DNA of 64,000 nucleotides from an uncultured bacterium (GTDB lineage Bacteria; Patescibacteriota; Minisyncoccia; Phycocordibacterales; CAIZLB01): contig CAIZVZ010000012.1 of NCBI GenBank assembly GCA_903936565.1, forward strand, positions 3,778 to 67,777. The letters run 5' to 3'. Under the pieces are notes generated by a model. The model was not told the DNA's origin, did not search any database, and was given only the letters and a program-made list of their open reading frames with translations. Both the position numbers and the translations under genes were made by a program. Shown piece by piece: positions 30,577-41,894 of the stretch (position 1 is the first letter of the stretch; each line of letters starts with the position of its first letter).

Positions 30577-31632
30577 ATGAAGAAAATTAGCAAATTAAAA
30601 TTGAGAAAAGAAATACTCGGGCATTTCAAAATGTTTGCCAGATTGTATTCTTCTGGGGTGCCACTCATTGAATCCCTGGAAGTTTTTTGTGATAAAAATA
30701 ATTTTGATTGGAAGAGGCAAATAATTGAGAATTTAAAATCAGGTAAAACATTTGGACAATCTATTGAGGAGCTCCGTTTGCCAATTAGAGATTACGAATT
30801 AACAATCATCAAAAAGTCTGAGGAGTCCGGTAATTTGGCAGAGGGGATTAATAGAGTGTGTGAAATGAGTAAGAGCATAGACAAGACTAAGTCTAAATTT
30901 TTTATGGCTTTGCTTTATCCTTTTATCATATTCACTGTGTCTATTGTGTTGGTGTTGATGATTATAATAATAATCGTTCCAAAAATAAAACCGCTATTCA
31001 GTGGTGGTCAAATCAAAATCCCTTGGACAACACAGGTTCTCTTTTTCTTGAGCACATATTTACTCCATTTAATTATCGTTATTTTTAGCCTTATAATCCT
31101 CGGTATTATTTTTGTTTTATTTAGCATTAACAGGAAGGGAATTAACTATTTCAAAAACTATATCGGGGCTTTTTTGGTAAAAGTCCCAATTCTTGGAGCT
31201 CTACTTAGTCATTACTCGGCCCTTATTAGCTTTAGGATTGCAAGCGAAGTCTTTGCGTCAAGTGGGCTTTTGGTTGAATCTCTCCGAGACTCAGCGATGG
31301 GATCTATTATTCCTAAAGAAAAGATAAAATTATTAAACGTAGCACGTGATGTGGAAAGTGGAGTTTTGTTATCAAGGAGTATTAGCAGAGAAATATCAAG
31401 GGAAAATAAAATATGGGTACCGCTTATCGTTTGTGGTGAGCGGACTGGTTCAATTTCAGAAACATTTTCTTCAATTGCGGACATTCATCAAGAATATTTT
31501 GATGAGGGTATTGCGATGATTAATAAATTGATTGAACCGGTTTCAATGATTGTGGTGGGCCTTGGGGTTGGATTTATTGCCGTATCTATTATTACTCCAA
31601 TGTATTCACTGATATCTTACACGGGTTATTAA
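30577..31632 (+). CDS. GspF/PilC/ComGB-type platform protein
   Basis: SGVPLIESL, EESGNL, LLYP, GERTG and LIEP...PMY. Confidence 0.9.
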   Translation: MKKISKLKLRKEILGHFKMFARLYSSGVPLIESLEVFCDKNNFDWKRQIIENLKSGKTFGQSIEELRLPIRDYELTIIKKSEESGNLAEGINRVCEMSKSIDKTKSKFFMALLYPFIIFTVSIVLVLMIIIIIVPKIKPLFSGGQIKIPWTTQVLFFLSTYLLHLIIVIFSLIILGIIFVLFSINRKGINYFKNYIGAFLVKVPILGALLSHYSALISFRIASEVFASSGLLVESLRDSAMGSIIPKEKIKLLNVARDVESGVLLSRSISREISRENKIWVPLIVCGERTGSISETFSSIADIHQEYFDEGIAMINKLIEPVSMIVVGLGVGFIAVSIITPMYSLISYTGY

Positions 31633-31655
31633 TTAATTATTCTAATTATCCGCCT

Positions 31656-32966
31656 ATGCTCATATTAGAATTAATTACATCGCTAATACTTTGGATTATG
31701 ATTTTGGTCCCGATGAATTCGTATATTATCGATTTAAATGACAGATCGCCTTACAGGCTAGTTCAAGATGTTTCAAACCAGACAATATTTGATGTAACAA
31801 AGGTTTCTTCCGAGTCCTTAATGAATCGAAGTGGCGTGTGCGGGTACATCGATAATGCGGATCCGTATACCAGTGGGTCGACGGCAACGTATGTAATGTC
31901 CATCAAAAATATTCCAGTCAAATCAACTTCAACTGATGCTGTTTTTATAACTTCGGATGGCCAGCATATTTTTGTTGGACTTAATTCTGCATCTACTACA
32001 GATTACGATTTAATTGCATACGATTCACAAGATATATCAATCCCGCTAGATAAAGTTGATTCTGGTCCTGGAATGGTTGGGGGAGTACTTGTCGGTAAAA
32101 ACCTATTTCTCATCAACTCCAGCGTTAATAGTGCGCTTCAAAGATTTAAATTTAATCAAGTCTCCAAAAAACTGGAGAAGACTGGAGATTACAAAGTACC
32201 ATGGTCAACTTCAGGGAATCCAGTGTACGGAACAAAAATATCTACAATTTATCCAAACTTATTTCTCGGTCTCAAGAAAAATAACGGGGAAGAGCTGTTG
32301 TCTATTGATTTAAATAAAATAGATGGAGGCCTTGCTTTGGCGATAAATAGTAAGTGGGAGCTGGATAGTTCAGTTCAGGATATTTGGCCGATGTATGATA
32401 AATATCTGCATCTGTTAATTTCAACTGCAAAAGAGCCTGAGATAAATGACTTTTGTTTGAATTGTGATTTTACTCCGTTTTCTACTACCACATCTTCGTT
32501 TGCGACAACGTCCCCGATAAATACCTTTGATTTATTTGGATCCTTGGGAAATGTCAGGAGTTTAATTGCAAAGGACGGTGTGATATATGTTGGCAGGACT
32601 GCGGGCAATAATGAATTATTTAAAATTAATATAACGAGAGATTACTCTTCACAGCCTATCGCGACCCCCACATCAAGCACCTATAGTTATGACTTAATTA
32701 ATTCAATCGATGTCAATGATGGAATTTATTCTATGATAATCTCCAATCATCGCCTGTTCTTGGTGGAAGGGAAAAGTAATTCAAAGATTCAAATCAGGAA
32801 CGAGGAGGATATCTCTAAAATAATTCAAACAATAGATGTTGGTGGAGCGGTATATGACATGGATTGTTCGGGTTCAAAAATATTTGGGGTTGGGTCGATT
32901 TATAAGATGTCAGGGACGTCGACGGAATATATTACACCTATTATTTTTGAGTTGAGGCCGGTGTAA
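31656..32966 (+). CDS. Membrane-anchored beta-rich (propeller-like) pilus-associated protein
   Basis: Pilin-like N-terminal hydrophobic helix (MLILE..) followed by repeated beta blades; lies in the pil operon. Confidence 0.55.
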   Translation: MLILELITSLILWIMILVPMNSYIIDLNDRSPYRLVQDVSNQTIFDVTKVSSESLMNRSGVCGYIDNADPYTSGSTATYVMSIKNIPVKSTSTDAVFITSDGQHIFVGLNSASTTDYDLIAYDSQDISIPLDKVDSGPGMVGGVLVGKNLFLINSSVNSALQRFKFNQVSKKLEKTGDYKVPWSTSGNPVYGTKISTIYPNLFLGLKKNNGEELLSIDLNKIDGGLALAINSKWELDSSVQDIWPMYDKYLHLLISTAKEPEINDFCLNCDFTPFSTTTSSFATTSPINTFDLFGSLGNVRSLIAKDGVIYVGRTAGNNELFKINITRDYSSQPIATPTSSTYSYDLINSIDVNDGIYSMIISNHRLFLVEGKSNSKIQIRNEEDISKIIQTIDVGGAVYDMDCSGSKIFGVGSIYKMSGTSTEYITPIIFELRPV

Positions 32967-32987
32967 TATTTAAATAATTCCTAACAT

Positions 32988-33422
32988 ATGATTATACAAA
33001 ATAAAATCAATTTGATTGGTCGATTCGATCGCGGAGGTCGTACCCGCCAAAACAAAGGCTTCACTCTGATTGAAGTCGTAATCTATTGTTCAATCTTTAT
33101 AATCTTTGCAGTCACTACTATTGAATCAATGATTTGGATTGGTGCTCAGTTGTCTACTCAGGCAAATGTTGCTGAGATTCAAGAACAAGATATTTACAAA
33201 ATTTATTTCTCTAATATATATAGGCGAACAAGAATGAATAATCAAAAGGTGGAAACACTTTATTCGACGCTAATTTCTTCGTCGAGCAGAGTTTGTCTTG
33301 ATGTCACTGAGGACTGCAAAATGAATATAATTTTGAACAGTGACATTGTTACTAAATTTAATCATAAAAATAGATATCAATCAGACCTTTTATTTTTTGA
33401 TTCCATAGATAATGGTGTATAA
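32988..33422 (+). CDS. Prepilin-type N-terminal cleavage/methylation protein
   Basis: KGFTLIEVVIY class III signal. Confidence 0.85.
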   Translation: MIIQNKINLIGRFDRGGRTRQNKGFTLIEVVIYCSIFIIFAVTTIESMIWIGAQLSTQANVAEIQEQDIYKIYFSNIYRRTRMNNQKVETLYSTLISSSSRVCLDVTEDCKMNIILNSDIVTKFNHKNRYQSDLLFFDSIDNGV

Positions 33423-33431
33423 TAAAACAAT

Positions 33432-33932
33432 ATGGTATTTGGATATCAACAAGGTAATAGTTTTTCACAACACAAGCAGGCGCTTGGTTTTGATGCTGCG
33501 GCAGGGGAGCAGATGCGTCTAAAGCAAATAACAGAACAGAGAAAGAGGGAACAGCAGATGCGTGCCAAGCAAGATATTCAATCAAAAGAAGTGAAGCTCC
33601 GCATAATAAAGGATGAGATTAGTAGAAGAGCAATGGATTTAAAGAGGGTGGATTCTAGCGTTGTTAAACTGTCTGCTGCTACGCATGGTCATACGGACAA
33701 TTTTGATTTGAAAATCAGAGAATTGAAAAACAAGATTAAGGATCTGGAAAAGGAAATTGAAAAAGAGATGAGTCTAAAGGCTTATGCAGAAAAAACAGGT
33801 GCAAATCAGGCTCGGGAGCTTACAGTTGTGCAAGGTAGAAAAAAAATCGAAGAAGGGGAGATTGTTAGACTAAAAACCGAAGAACATCATCTTGAGACGG
33901 AGATTGCGGAGTTGAGGAGATTGACGATATAG
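33432..33932 (+). CDS. Coiled-coil hypothetical protein
   Basis: 166 aa, E/K/R/Q-rich heptads. Confidence 0.7.
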   Translation: MVFGYQQGNSFSQHKQALGFDAAAGEQMRLKQITEQRKREQQMRAKQDIQSKEVKLRIIKDEISRRAMDLKRVDSSVVKLSAATHGHTDNFDLKIRELKNKIKDLEKEIEKEMSLKAYAEKTGANQARELTVVQGRKKIEEGEIVRLKTEEHHLETEIAELRRLTI

Positions 33933-34027
33933 AGTTTATCCACTTATATAAGGGTGTATGTTGTTGTTAATATGTATTCGTGTTGTATACTAGTAGAAGT
34001 AATCTTACTTTATATATTAAAATTAAC

Positions 34028-35092
34028 ATGAAATCAAAACAATATAATTCAAAATATCCTACAGCGTTTATCGCTGTGTTAGCAGTAGCGCTAATTTTCT
34101 CACAATATTCAAATATTAAAAGTGCCATTGGGTATGTGGGGGTTGGGGCAGGTAACTTGGTTGCCGCAGTTGGTAAGGCTGTTGTATCTAGTCCATCTGC
34201 AAAATCACCATCTACTCCAAGTAATAGTCAACCTGGTTCTGGCGCTAGTAATATTAGTAGTAACAGCGGCGAGAATGCCAGTAGCAATGGTGGAACTAAT
34301 GTAAGTAGTAACTCAGGAGAATATAATTCAAAAAATAATATTAAGTATACCTTATTGGTCTACCCCACAGCAGTTGTGGCAAGTAAACTTGATGCAAATG
34401 GTAAAAGGGTTTCGATTCAAGGTAAAGGTACAATAATATCTTCCGATAAGACTATCGACTGTGGTAAGGCGTGTTTATACTCATATACACCAAATTCAGT
34501 TGTCGGATTAAAGGCTGTTCCTGATGCAAATTCTATTTTTGAGGGTTGGCGAGGAGATGTTACGGACAAGAATTCTTCTGCTTCTGTAATTATGAATAAG
34601 GATAAAAAGGTTTCCGCGATATTTGCACCAAGAGAAAATAAATATTCTCTTAAGACTAATGTCGCTGTTACACAATTGGGTGTCGGTGCTGGAGGAAAAA
34701 TAGTTGGTCAAGGAATAGATTGTGAAGATGATTGTTTTGAAAAATACAATGAAAACAGCAAGGTTACTTTAACTGCAATACCTAATGATAAGTCTGTATT
34801 TATAAAATGGAGTCCATTAGTAGCTGAAAGTTCCTGTTCCGGAAAAGGTGTGTGTACACTTACTATGAATTCAAATAAGGATGTTGAAGCCGACTTTGGA
34901 TTAATTTCTAAGACGTGTGGTCAAGCATTTCTTGAAGCGTTAGGTCAGGCTTTAGGAAGTAAGTTGACTGGTACTGAAAGTCAAGCTTCGGTGATAGAGC
35001 AAATTCTTAAAAACCAAACAATGTCTAAAGATCAGAAAGATGATCATATAAGGAGTGTTCAAGGGTCATCTTGTTATTTCAGGACGTTTTAA
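34028..35092 (+). CDS. Secreted/anchored surface protein with Ser/Asn linker and two InlB-B-like (bacterial repeat) domains
   Basis: N-terminal TM; two repeats of GxI..IDC..C...VxLxAxP..SxFxxW...MNxxKxVxAxF. Confidence 0.7.
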   Translation: MKSKQYNSKYPTAFIAVLAVALIFSQYSNIKSAIGYVGVGAGNLVAAVGKAVVSSPSAKSPSTPSNSQPGSGASNISSNSGENASSNGGTNVSSNSGEYNSKNNIKYTLLVYPTAVVASKLDANGKRVSIQGKGTIISSDKTIDCGKACLYSYTPNSVVGLKAVPDANSIFEGWRGDVTDKNSSASVIMNKDKKVSAIFAPRENKYSLKTNVAVTQLGVGAGGKIVGQGIDCEDDCFEKYNENSKVTLTAIPNDKSVFIKWSPLVAESSCSGKGVCTLTMNSNKDVEADFGLISKTCGQAFLEALGQALGSKLTGTESQASVIEQILKNQTMSKDQKDDHIRSVQGSSCYFRTF

Positions 35093-35315
35093 TAAATAAG
35101 ATATACTTCCTTTTGGTTACATAAATAAACACATCAATTTGATGTGTTTATTTTATTCTTGCTTTTGCCCCCTGTACTTATCTGTGCTACTCTATTGTTG
35201 AAAACAGACGCGGAGCATTAGATGGCGTCTAAGAACAAATTTCAAGGCACTTTACCCCTCGCTCTAAGAGGTAAAATTGTTTTGGAAAACAACTGCATTA
35301 GAAACGGAGAATCAA

Positions 35316-35945
35316 ATGATACTTACAAAAAGGGCTTTTAAAGCTGGTGATGCTGATGGAGACGTTGGGGAAATACCAGACTTGAATTTTAACGTGTTTG
35401 AGGGTTCAACTCCTTCAAATCTACTCGCGAGTCTTACTGCACGAGGCGACGTCACCATCATTGGTGATACCCAGGTGTTGGACCGACTGTTGTGGCCGGA
35501 GTACGAATTCCCTGAATTTTCCCACATGGTGTCTGCCTGTTTTGCCAGGGTCGACAATAGTTCACCTTCACTGGCAGATACCGCTAGTTTGTCCTTTTTT
35601 GATAAAATGGACCTGCTAATCGGTGGTCTTAATGTTCAGCTCGGATATGGCGAAAAAGAGTCTCTGTATCTAGCTGGAGACATGGAGGCTGCCACTGTTA
35701 TTTGTTGCTTGGCAAGGAACAAGGATCATGGCTGGGGGCAACTGCCTTCACGTGCACTGATCCGTATCTTTCCAGAGGAGGAGTTTGTTGCTAGCACGGT
35801 TGTAATTTTGACGACCGAGATTCAAAATGATCAATTGGTACTGCGCTTTTTTGAACTCCCCCCTGAGCACGCTGGTTTGCATTATGACGACTGCCGTGTC
35901 TTGCTGACTCGGATGGCTGACGATAGGGATAGTGCACATGAGTGA
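35316..35945 (+). CDS. Orphan hypothetical protein
   Basis: TTGCCC-17-TACTCT promoter, GGAGA before the ATG and a 3' CCGG hairpin with T run (35979-36003). Confidence 0.6.
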   Translation: MILTKRAFKAGDADGDVGEIPDLNFNVFEGSTPSNLLASLTARGDVTIIGDTQVLDRLLWPEYEFPEFSHMVSACFARVDNSSPSLADTASLSFFDKMDLLIGGLNVQLGYGEKESLYLAGDMEAATVICCLARNKDHGWGQLPSRALIRIFPEEEFVASTVVILTTEIQNDQLVLRFFELPPEHAGLHYDDCRVLLTRMADDRDSAHE

Positions 35946-36092
35946 CTTTCCCTTCAAAAAACTCGCACTGTTTAAGTGCCCGGTCCTAACAGGCCGGTTT
36001 TTTGTTGCAAGTAAAAACCGCATCTTTTCTAATGCGGTTAATTACTTTTATTTTTTCGCTGAAGTGATGATGAAGTGGTGGTGAATTAAAAT

Positions 36093-37733
36093 CTACTTCA
36101 CAATCAAGCTCTCTCCGGTCATGAAATCTGGTTTTTTGATTTGCATTTCGTCGAAGATTGTTGGGGCGATGTCAGCTAGAGTTGGAACTCCAAGTGTGTC
36201 TGGATTAGTTGAGTTTCCTTCTACTCTCAACTTAATTGCTTTGTCTGTTACAATCATCGGTACAAGATTAGTTGTGTGTGATGTATGTTTGTTGCCCGTT
36301 GTTTGATCGACATTCAATTCTGCATTTCCATGGTCCGCAGTAATGAATGCAACTCCACTATGGGCAAGTACTGATTCAACAACTCTCCCTAGTTGCTTAT
36401 CTGCTTCTTCGACAGATTCGATTATCGCAGGAACATTTGCTGTGTGGCCAACCATGTCAGCATTTGCGAAGTTGATGAAGATGAAATCAGTTCCTGCTTC
36501 AATTTGCTCAATTGCTTTATCGGCAATTCCTTCAGCGCGCATCTTTGGAGCCAAATCATGTGTTGCGACATCCTTATGGCTTGCCAAAAGAATATGAGAC
36601 TCACCAGGATATGGTTTTTCAACCCCACCATTTAAGAAATATGTTGCGTGAGGGAATTTCTCAGTTTCCGCAATATGAGCTTGAGTAAACCCACCTTCTG
36701 AAATTTCCTTTGCAAGGGTGGTTTCAATTACAAGAGAAGGGAAGACGACTGGGTAATGGAACTCATCGCCGTATGATGTCATGCCAGCAAACTTCCAGTC
36801 CATTGCTTTTGCTTTTGCAAGTATATCTCTTGTTAATTGTCTTGCGCGATCTGCTCTGAAGTTAAAGAAGAAAATAGCATCATCCTCTTTTGTTGGTGTA
36901 CCAAATACTTCTACTCCATCAATAATATTTTTGCATACTATTGGTTCTAGTAGCTCATCAATCTTTCCTTCTTTGTATAAGCCCTCTAGAAATTCAGTTG
37001 GTTCAATTTCACAATCATGCCCGATTCCACTAAAGATTGCATCCTCTGCTTTATCAGTTCTCTCTGCGTTATTGTCTCTATCCATTGCGTAATATCTACC
37101 ACAAATTGTTGCGATATGACCAAGGCCAGTTTCTTTTAGAACTGCTTCTAATTCTCCAACATATTTCGCTGCGCTTTGTGGAGGAGTATCGCGTCCATCT
37201 GTAAAGACATGAACTGCAAGCTTATTAACCCCAGCATTTTTTGCGGCCCTGATAAAGGCAAAGAGATGTTCTTGGTGTGAGTGGATACCACCATCACTCA
37301 ATAGTCCCATTACATGAAGGGTACTATCGTGCTCTTTAACATGATTAAACAATTCTACAAAAGGTGGTAGGGTGTCATATTCACCAGAAGTAATAGACTT
37401 TTTTATTCTTACCAAGTCTGTGTCCATTGCGCGCCCAGCTCCGATTGTTGTGTGGCCGATTTCACTATTTCCCATTTGTCCTTCAGGAAGTCCGACAGCA
37501 AGACCGCTGGCATCTAGCAGGGTGTGTGGGTAATTGTTCCAAAATTCTCGAAACTTCGGAGTATTGGCTGATGCAAGTGCATTGTCCTTTGTATCCTCTC
37601 TATGGCCCCAACCATCAAGTACTATTAATACAACCGGCTTTCTTAAGTGATGTCTATCAGCGATAGTTGCACCGTCAGTTTCTGTTGTACCAAAATCTGG
37701 ATCTTGATTTATGTTTTGTGATTGTGTGTCCAT
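36093..37733 (-). CDS. gpmI: 2,3-bisphosphoglycerate-independent phosphoglycerate mutase
   Basis: LDGWG, GQMGNSEIGH, GRYYAMDRD, AETEK, DMVGHT and TADHGNAE. Confidence 0.97.
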   Translation of the reverse strand: MDTQSQNINQDPDFGTTETDGATIADRHHLRKPVVLIVLDGWGHREDTKDNALASANTPKFREFWNNYPHTLLDASGLAVGLPEGQMGNSEIGHTTIGAGRAMDTDLVRIKKSITSGEYDTLPPFVELFNHVKEHDSTLHVMGLLSDGGIHSHQEHLFAFIRAAKNAGVNKLAVHVFTDGRDTPPQSAAKYVGELEAVLKETGLGHIATICGRYYAMDRDNNAERTDKAEDAIFSGIGHDCEIEPTEFLEGLYKEGKIDELLEPIVCKNIIDGVEVFGTPTKEDDAIFFFNFRADRARQLTRDILAKAKAMDWKFAGMTSYGDEFHYPVVFPSLVIETTLAKEISEGGFTQAHIAETEKFPHATYFLNGGVEKPYPGESHILLASHKDVATHDLAPKMRAEGIADKAIEQIEAGTDFIFINFANADMVGHTANVPAIIESVEEADKQLGRVVESVLAHSGVAFITADHGNAELNVDQTTGNKHTSHTTNLVPMIVTDKAIKLRVEGNSTNPDTLGVPTLADIAPTIFDEMQIKKPDFMTGESLIVK

Positions 37734-37809
37734 ATATTTGTTTAATTGCGAACTTTTAATTGATAAAAATATTTTTTAAAATTCTACCGCAAGTGAGAGG
37801 AAAAGGGAA

Positions 37810-39201
<1,392 letters not shown>

Positions 39202-39361
39202 TTACCTCTGTTTTAAATTTTCTTATAATTTGTATACGCCCATTGTATCATAACTTTTAATGTAGTATTCTATCGAACAGAAGGGTTGACCTATGTCAAA
39301 TGTCCTTTTCGGTTTTCTCAACCAAATTCAACTAAACCAACAGAATAAAGAACCAAATCAC

Positions 39362-40198
39362 ATGAAAAAACTAGAACGTGAAAGCCCGAGAGGGGCTGGG
39401 CAAAACGGCCCTTGCGACATAGTTCTGGATGATGATCTGGGACTTTGGAGCTGTGAACAACAGGTAATCCATGTGGGGTTAAAACCCGATGGGACACCAA
39501 TGGATATGACCATTTTTGGTCTCGATATGACGCTCATGGATACCGCTTATTCACTTTGGGCGGCGTCTCAGCGGATTGTGGAGGTGTACACTGATAACCT
39601 GAGTCGGATACCCGAACTCTCAGAATTTGAACTCGGTGTACCGAGTTTTGATTTCTATGCTTGGGGGGTACCAAAATACGTTCCACTTAGTCAAGCTTGG
39701 GAAACGTTTGCTGAAATTCTTGCGGGAATTGAAGCGGCTAGACCAAGCGGGCTTTTACCAGGTGTCGCAGAGTGGCTTAAAACTCTGGCGTTGCAGTCTC
39801 ATCTAATCATTGTGACCAACAACAAGACTCCAAGCCTCCCTGAGATTATCAGAGTTCAGGCCGGGGTTGATGTTGATCTGGTTGTGGTGGATGATGACGT
39901 TGCACCGGTTCTCGGAGTTTTGAATAATTCGTACCGTGCTCTCCATGAGTATGGGTGTAAGCTGTTCTACTTTGATAACTCGCTAAGGGAAATACAGGCG
40001 GCAGACGCCTGTGGACCTCCACTTTACCCAGTTGCTGTTGCGTGTAATAAAATTCACGCACCAAGTAACGCCGGGCAAAAGGCGGCGTGGAAGAGGTTGG
40101 CAATTCAAAGCGGGGCACGTGGCATTCTGTCTCCTGGTCAAATCTGCGCGGCCATTTCAGGTGGATATGATTTGAACGGTTCGCTTTCTAGCTGGTAG
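39362..40198 (+). CDS. HAD-fold-like protein lacking the nucleophile Asp
   Basis: Motif I-like IFGLDMTLMDT, LLPGVAEWLKTL, motif II LIIVTNN and motif IV-like YFDNSLREIQAA. Confidence 0.55.
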   Translation: MKKLERESPRGAGQNGPCDIVLDDDLGLWSCEQQVIHVGLKPDGTPMDMTIFGLDMTLMDTAYSLWAASQRIVEVYTDNLSRIPELSEFELGVPSFDFYAWGVPKYVPLSQAWETFAEILAGIEAARPSGLLPGVAEWLKTLALQSHLIIVTNNKTPSLPEIIRVQAGVDVDLVVVDDDVAPVLGVLNNSYRALHEYGCKLFYFDNSLREIQAADACGPPLYPVAVACNKIHAPSNAGQKAAWKRLAIQSGARGILSPGQICAAISGGYDLNGSLSSW

Positions 40199-40240
40199 GG
40201 CTTAGGCCTGATTCCAGCTTTGGTGGCAGTTCAATTCATT

Positions 40241-40272
40241 GGGGCGCGGCGAGAAATCGCCGCGCCCCTTTT
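40241..40272 (+). terminator. GGCGCGG-family hairpin
   Basis: GGGGCGCGGCGA-GAAA-TCGCCGCGCCCC-TTTT. Confidence 0.7.
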
Positions 40273-40346
40273 GCATTGCACTTTTTTGTAAAAGTAGTAT
40301 TCTTTTTTCCAGAAAGGGGGCTTCAAACCAAGGCCCACAGATTTTG

Positions 40347-41207
40347 ATGAATAAAAGATTGAAAGCACAATTTGCTTCACTTATTCACAGAAAAGATGTT
40401 GGCCTCAACATTAGTCTGTGTCGAAATGTGGGGCTGTCCATTCTGGAGGCACAAGAAGTGCAGCCACGCAAAACCCCAGGCGGTTCACCGTTTCCGCTTG
40501 TGGCATGTTCCTTTGACGAACTGTTGGCTCCTACTGCTTCCAACTGCTACAAGGCGCTGGTGCGGTATGCAGCCGATATTGATGATGATTATGACTATGA
40601 TTTGCCGTCGCGATCTGATTTTAGAAATATGAATATCTACGAGAACCGTTCTATTCTACACGGTCTAAACCTTTTAAGGAGAACCCCATACAGCAATGTC
40701 TGGTATTCATATCTTGAATTGCTCCGTGATGTGGAGAATGAGACTCCAACTAGGCTGTATCCATGGGTTGCTGAAACCTTACGGAGAATCATGGAACATT
40801 TCCATCTGGTCATAGTGACTTCAAATCGTACTCATGATGTCGCTCGTATGGTCAGAAACCAAACGGGGATTACGGAACATTTTGACGTTGTGAAAGTACC
40901 AAGAGCCAACAAGGGTTTGGTGCTTGCCACTTTGGCGGGCTATCACAAGACTCATCACGGTGACGGTGTCTGGATTCCCTTCGACTTTTTTTGCCGTTCC
41001 GAACAGGATGTGAGATCAGCCGAGGAGTGTGGTAGGTACGTAAGTACCTATTGTGTTGCGAACCAACATCACTTGAACGGAAATGGTAGTCTCAAGAACT
41101 ATCTCCGCCGGAATAGTGCAACCCACATCACCGCCGATGAAATTCTCTCTACCGTCTATGGCTATCGCCTCCACAGCTTGGGGTATGGACAAGACAAATG
41201 TTCCTAG
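40347..41207 (+). CDS. Second HAD-fold-like protein lacking the nucleophile Asp
   Basis: ACSFDELLAPT, LYPWVAETLRRI, LVIVTSN and RSEQDVRSA. Confidence 0.5.
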   Translation: MNKRLKAQFASLIHRKDVGLNISLCRNVGLSILEAQEVQPRKTPGGSPFPLVACSFDELLAPTASNCYKALVRYAADIDDDYDYDLPSRSDFRNMNIYENRSILHGLNLLRRTPYSNVWYSYLELLRDVENETPTRLYPWVAETLRRIMEHFHLVIVTSNRTHDVARMVRNQTGITEHFDVVKVPRANKGLVLATLAGYHKTHHGDGVWIPFDFFCRSEQDVRSAEECGRYVSTYCVANQHHLNGNGSLKNYLRRNSATHITADEILSTVYGYRLHSLGYGQDKCS

Positions 41208-41224
41208 CTGCTCCAAGGTCTGTC

Positions 41225-41261
41225 AAAGGGTGCGGTGGGTTCCAACCCTGCCGCGCCCTTT
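41225..41261 (+). terminator. GGCGCGG-family hairpin
   Basis: AAAGGGTGCGG...CCGCGCCCTTT. Confidence 0.65.
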
Positions 41262-41376
41262 CAAATACCTACAAAATTTAAATAATAAAATAACAACTGT
41301 GTATAAAGTGCATAATTAAATTGCTATTAATATTTGCAGTAATATAATTAGTATGGATTAACCCCCATACATAAAT

Positions 41377-41778
41377 ATGAAATACAGACTGATAGATACA
41401 CAAAGGGTAATCGTTCGTTGCACGGCAGAAGAAGGTATTGTGGCACTCTCGTATTCCGCAAGGGATCTTGTGTCCTACAATGATGAGCGTCCTGAATGGA
41501 GGGACGTTAGCATAACTAGGGATGAATTTGTGGCAATACTTCAGAATTGTCCCTATGCACATAACATGGTCCCGTCCACAGTTTTGTGGGATTGGGTGCA
41601 GAATAAAACCGCACCTGTTTTCCTTCAAACCGGGGATTGGTTCATATCAACTCTCCTGGAGGATCCCGCCACTTCAATGTGGTGCCTTCATGGGAAATTA
41701 TACATATCCAGCGTTGGCCCACTGCCAGGTCACGTTGAAATAGGTAAGAGATTCGAGTTTGTTCTCGCCTATGCCTAA
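41377..41778 (+). CDS. Orphan hypothetical protein
   Basis: 133-aa ORF followed by hairpin 41803-41832. Confidence 0.55.
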   Translation: MKYRLIDTQRVIVRCTAEEGIVALSYSARDLVSYNDERPEWRDVSITRDEFVAILQNCPYAHNMVPSTVLWDWVQNKTAPVFLQTGDWFISTLLEDPATSMWCLHGKLYISSVGPLPGHVEIGKRFEFVLAYA

Positions 41779-41802
41779 GTTCTAGGCTGATATTTTCGGA
41801 CC

Positions 41803-41832
41803 GGGCGCGGCGGGGATTCTCCCTCCGCGCCC
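41803..41832 (+). terminator. GGCGCGG-family hairpin (no T tail)
   Basis: GGGCGCGG-CGGGGATTCTCCCT-CCGCGCCC. Confidence 0.5.
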
Positions 41833-41894
41833 TATCGTTTATCAAAAAATTTGATACAATGACAAGACCAAAAGAAACATGAAATTTGTGAAAT

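Noticed and set aside
34190-34320. Tandem repeat in the surface protein gene
   Set aside because: Low-complexity Ser/Asn/Gly linker rather than a discrete repeat array
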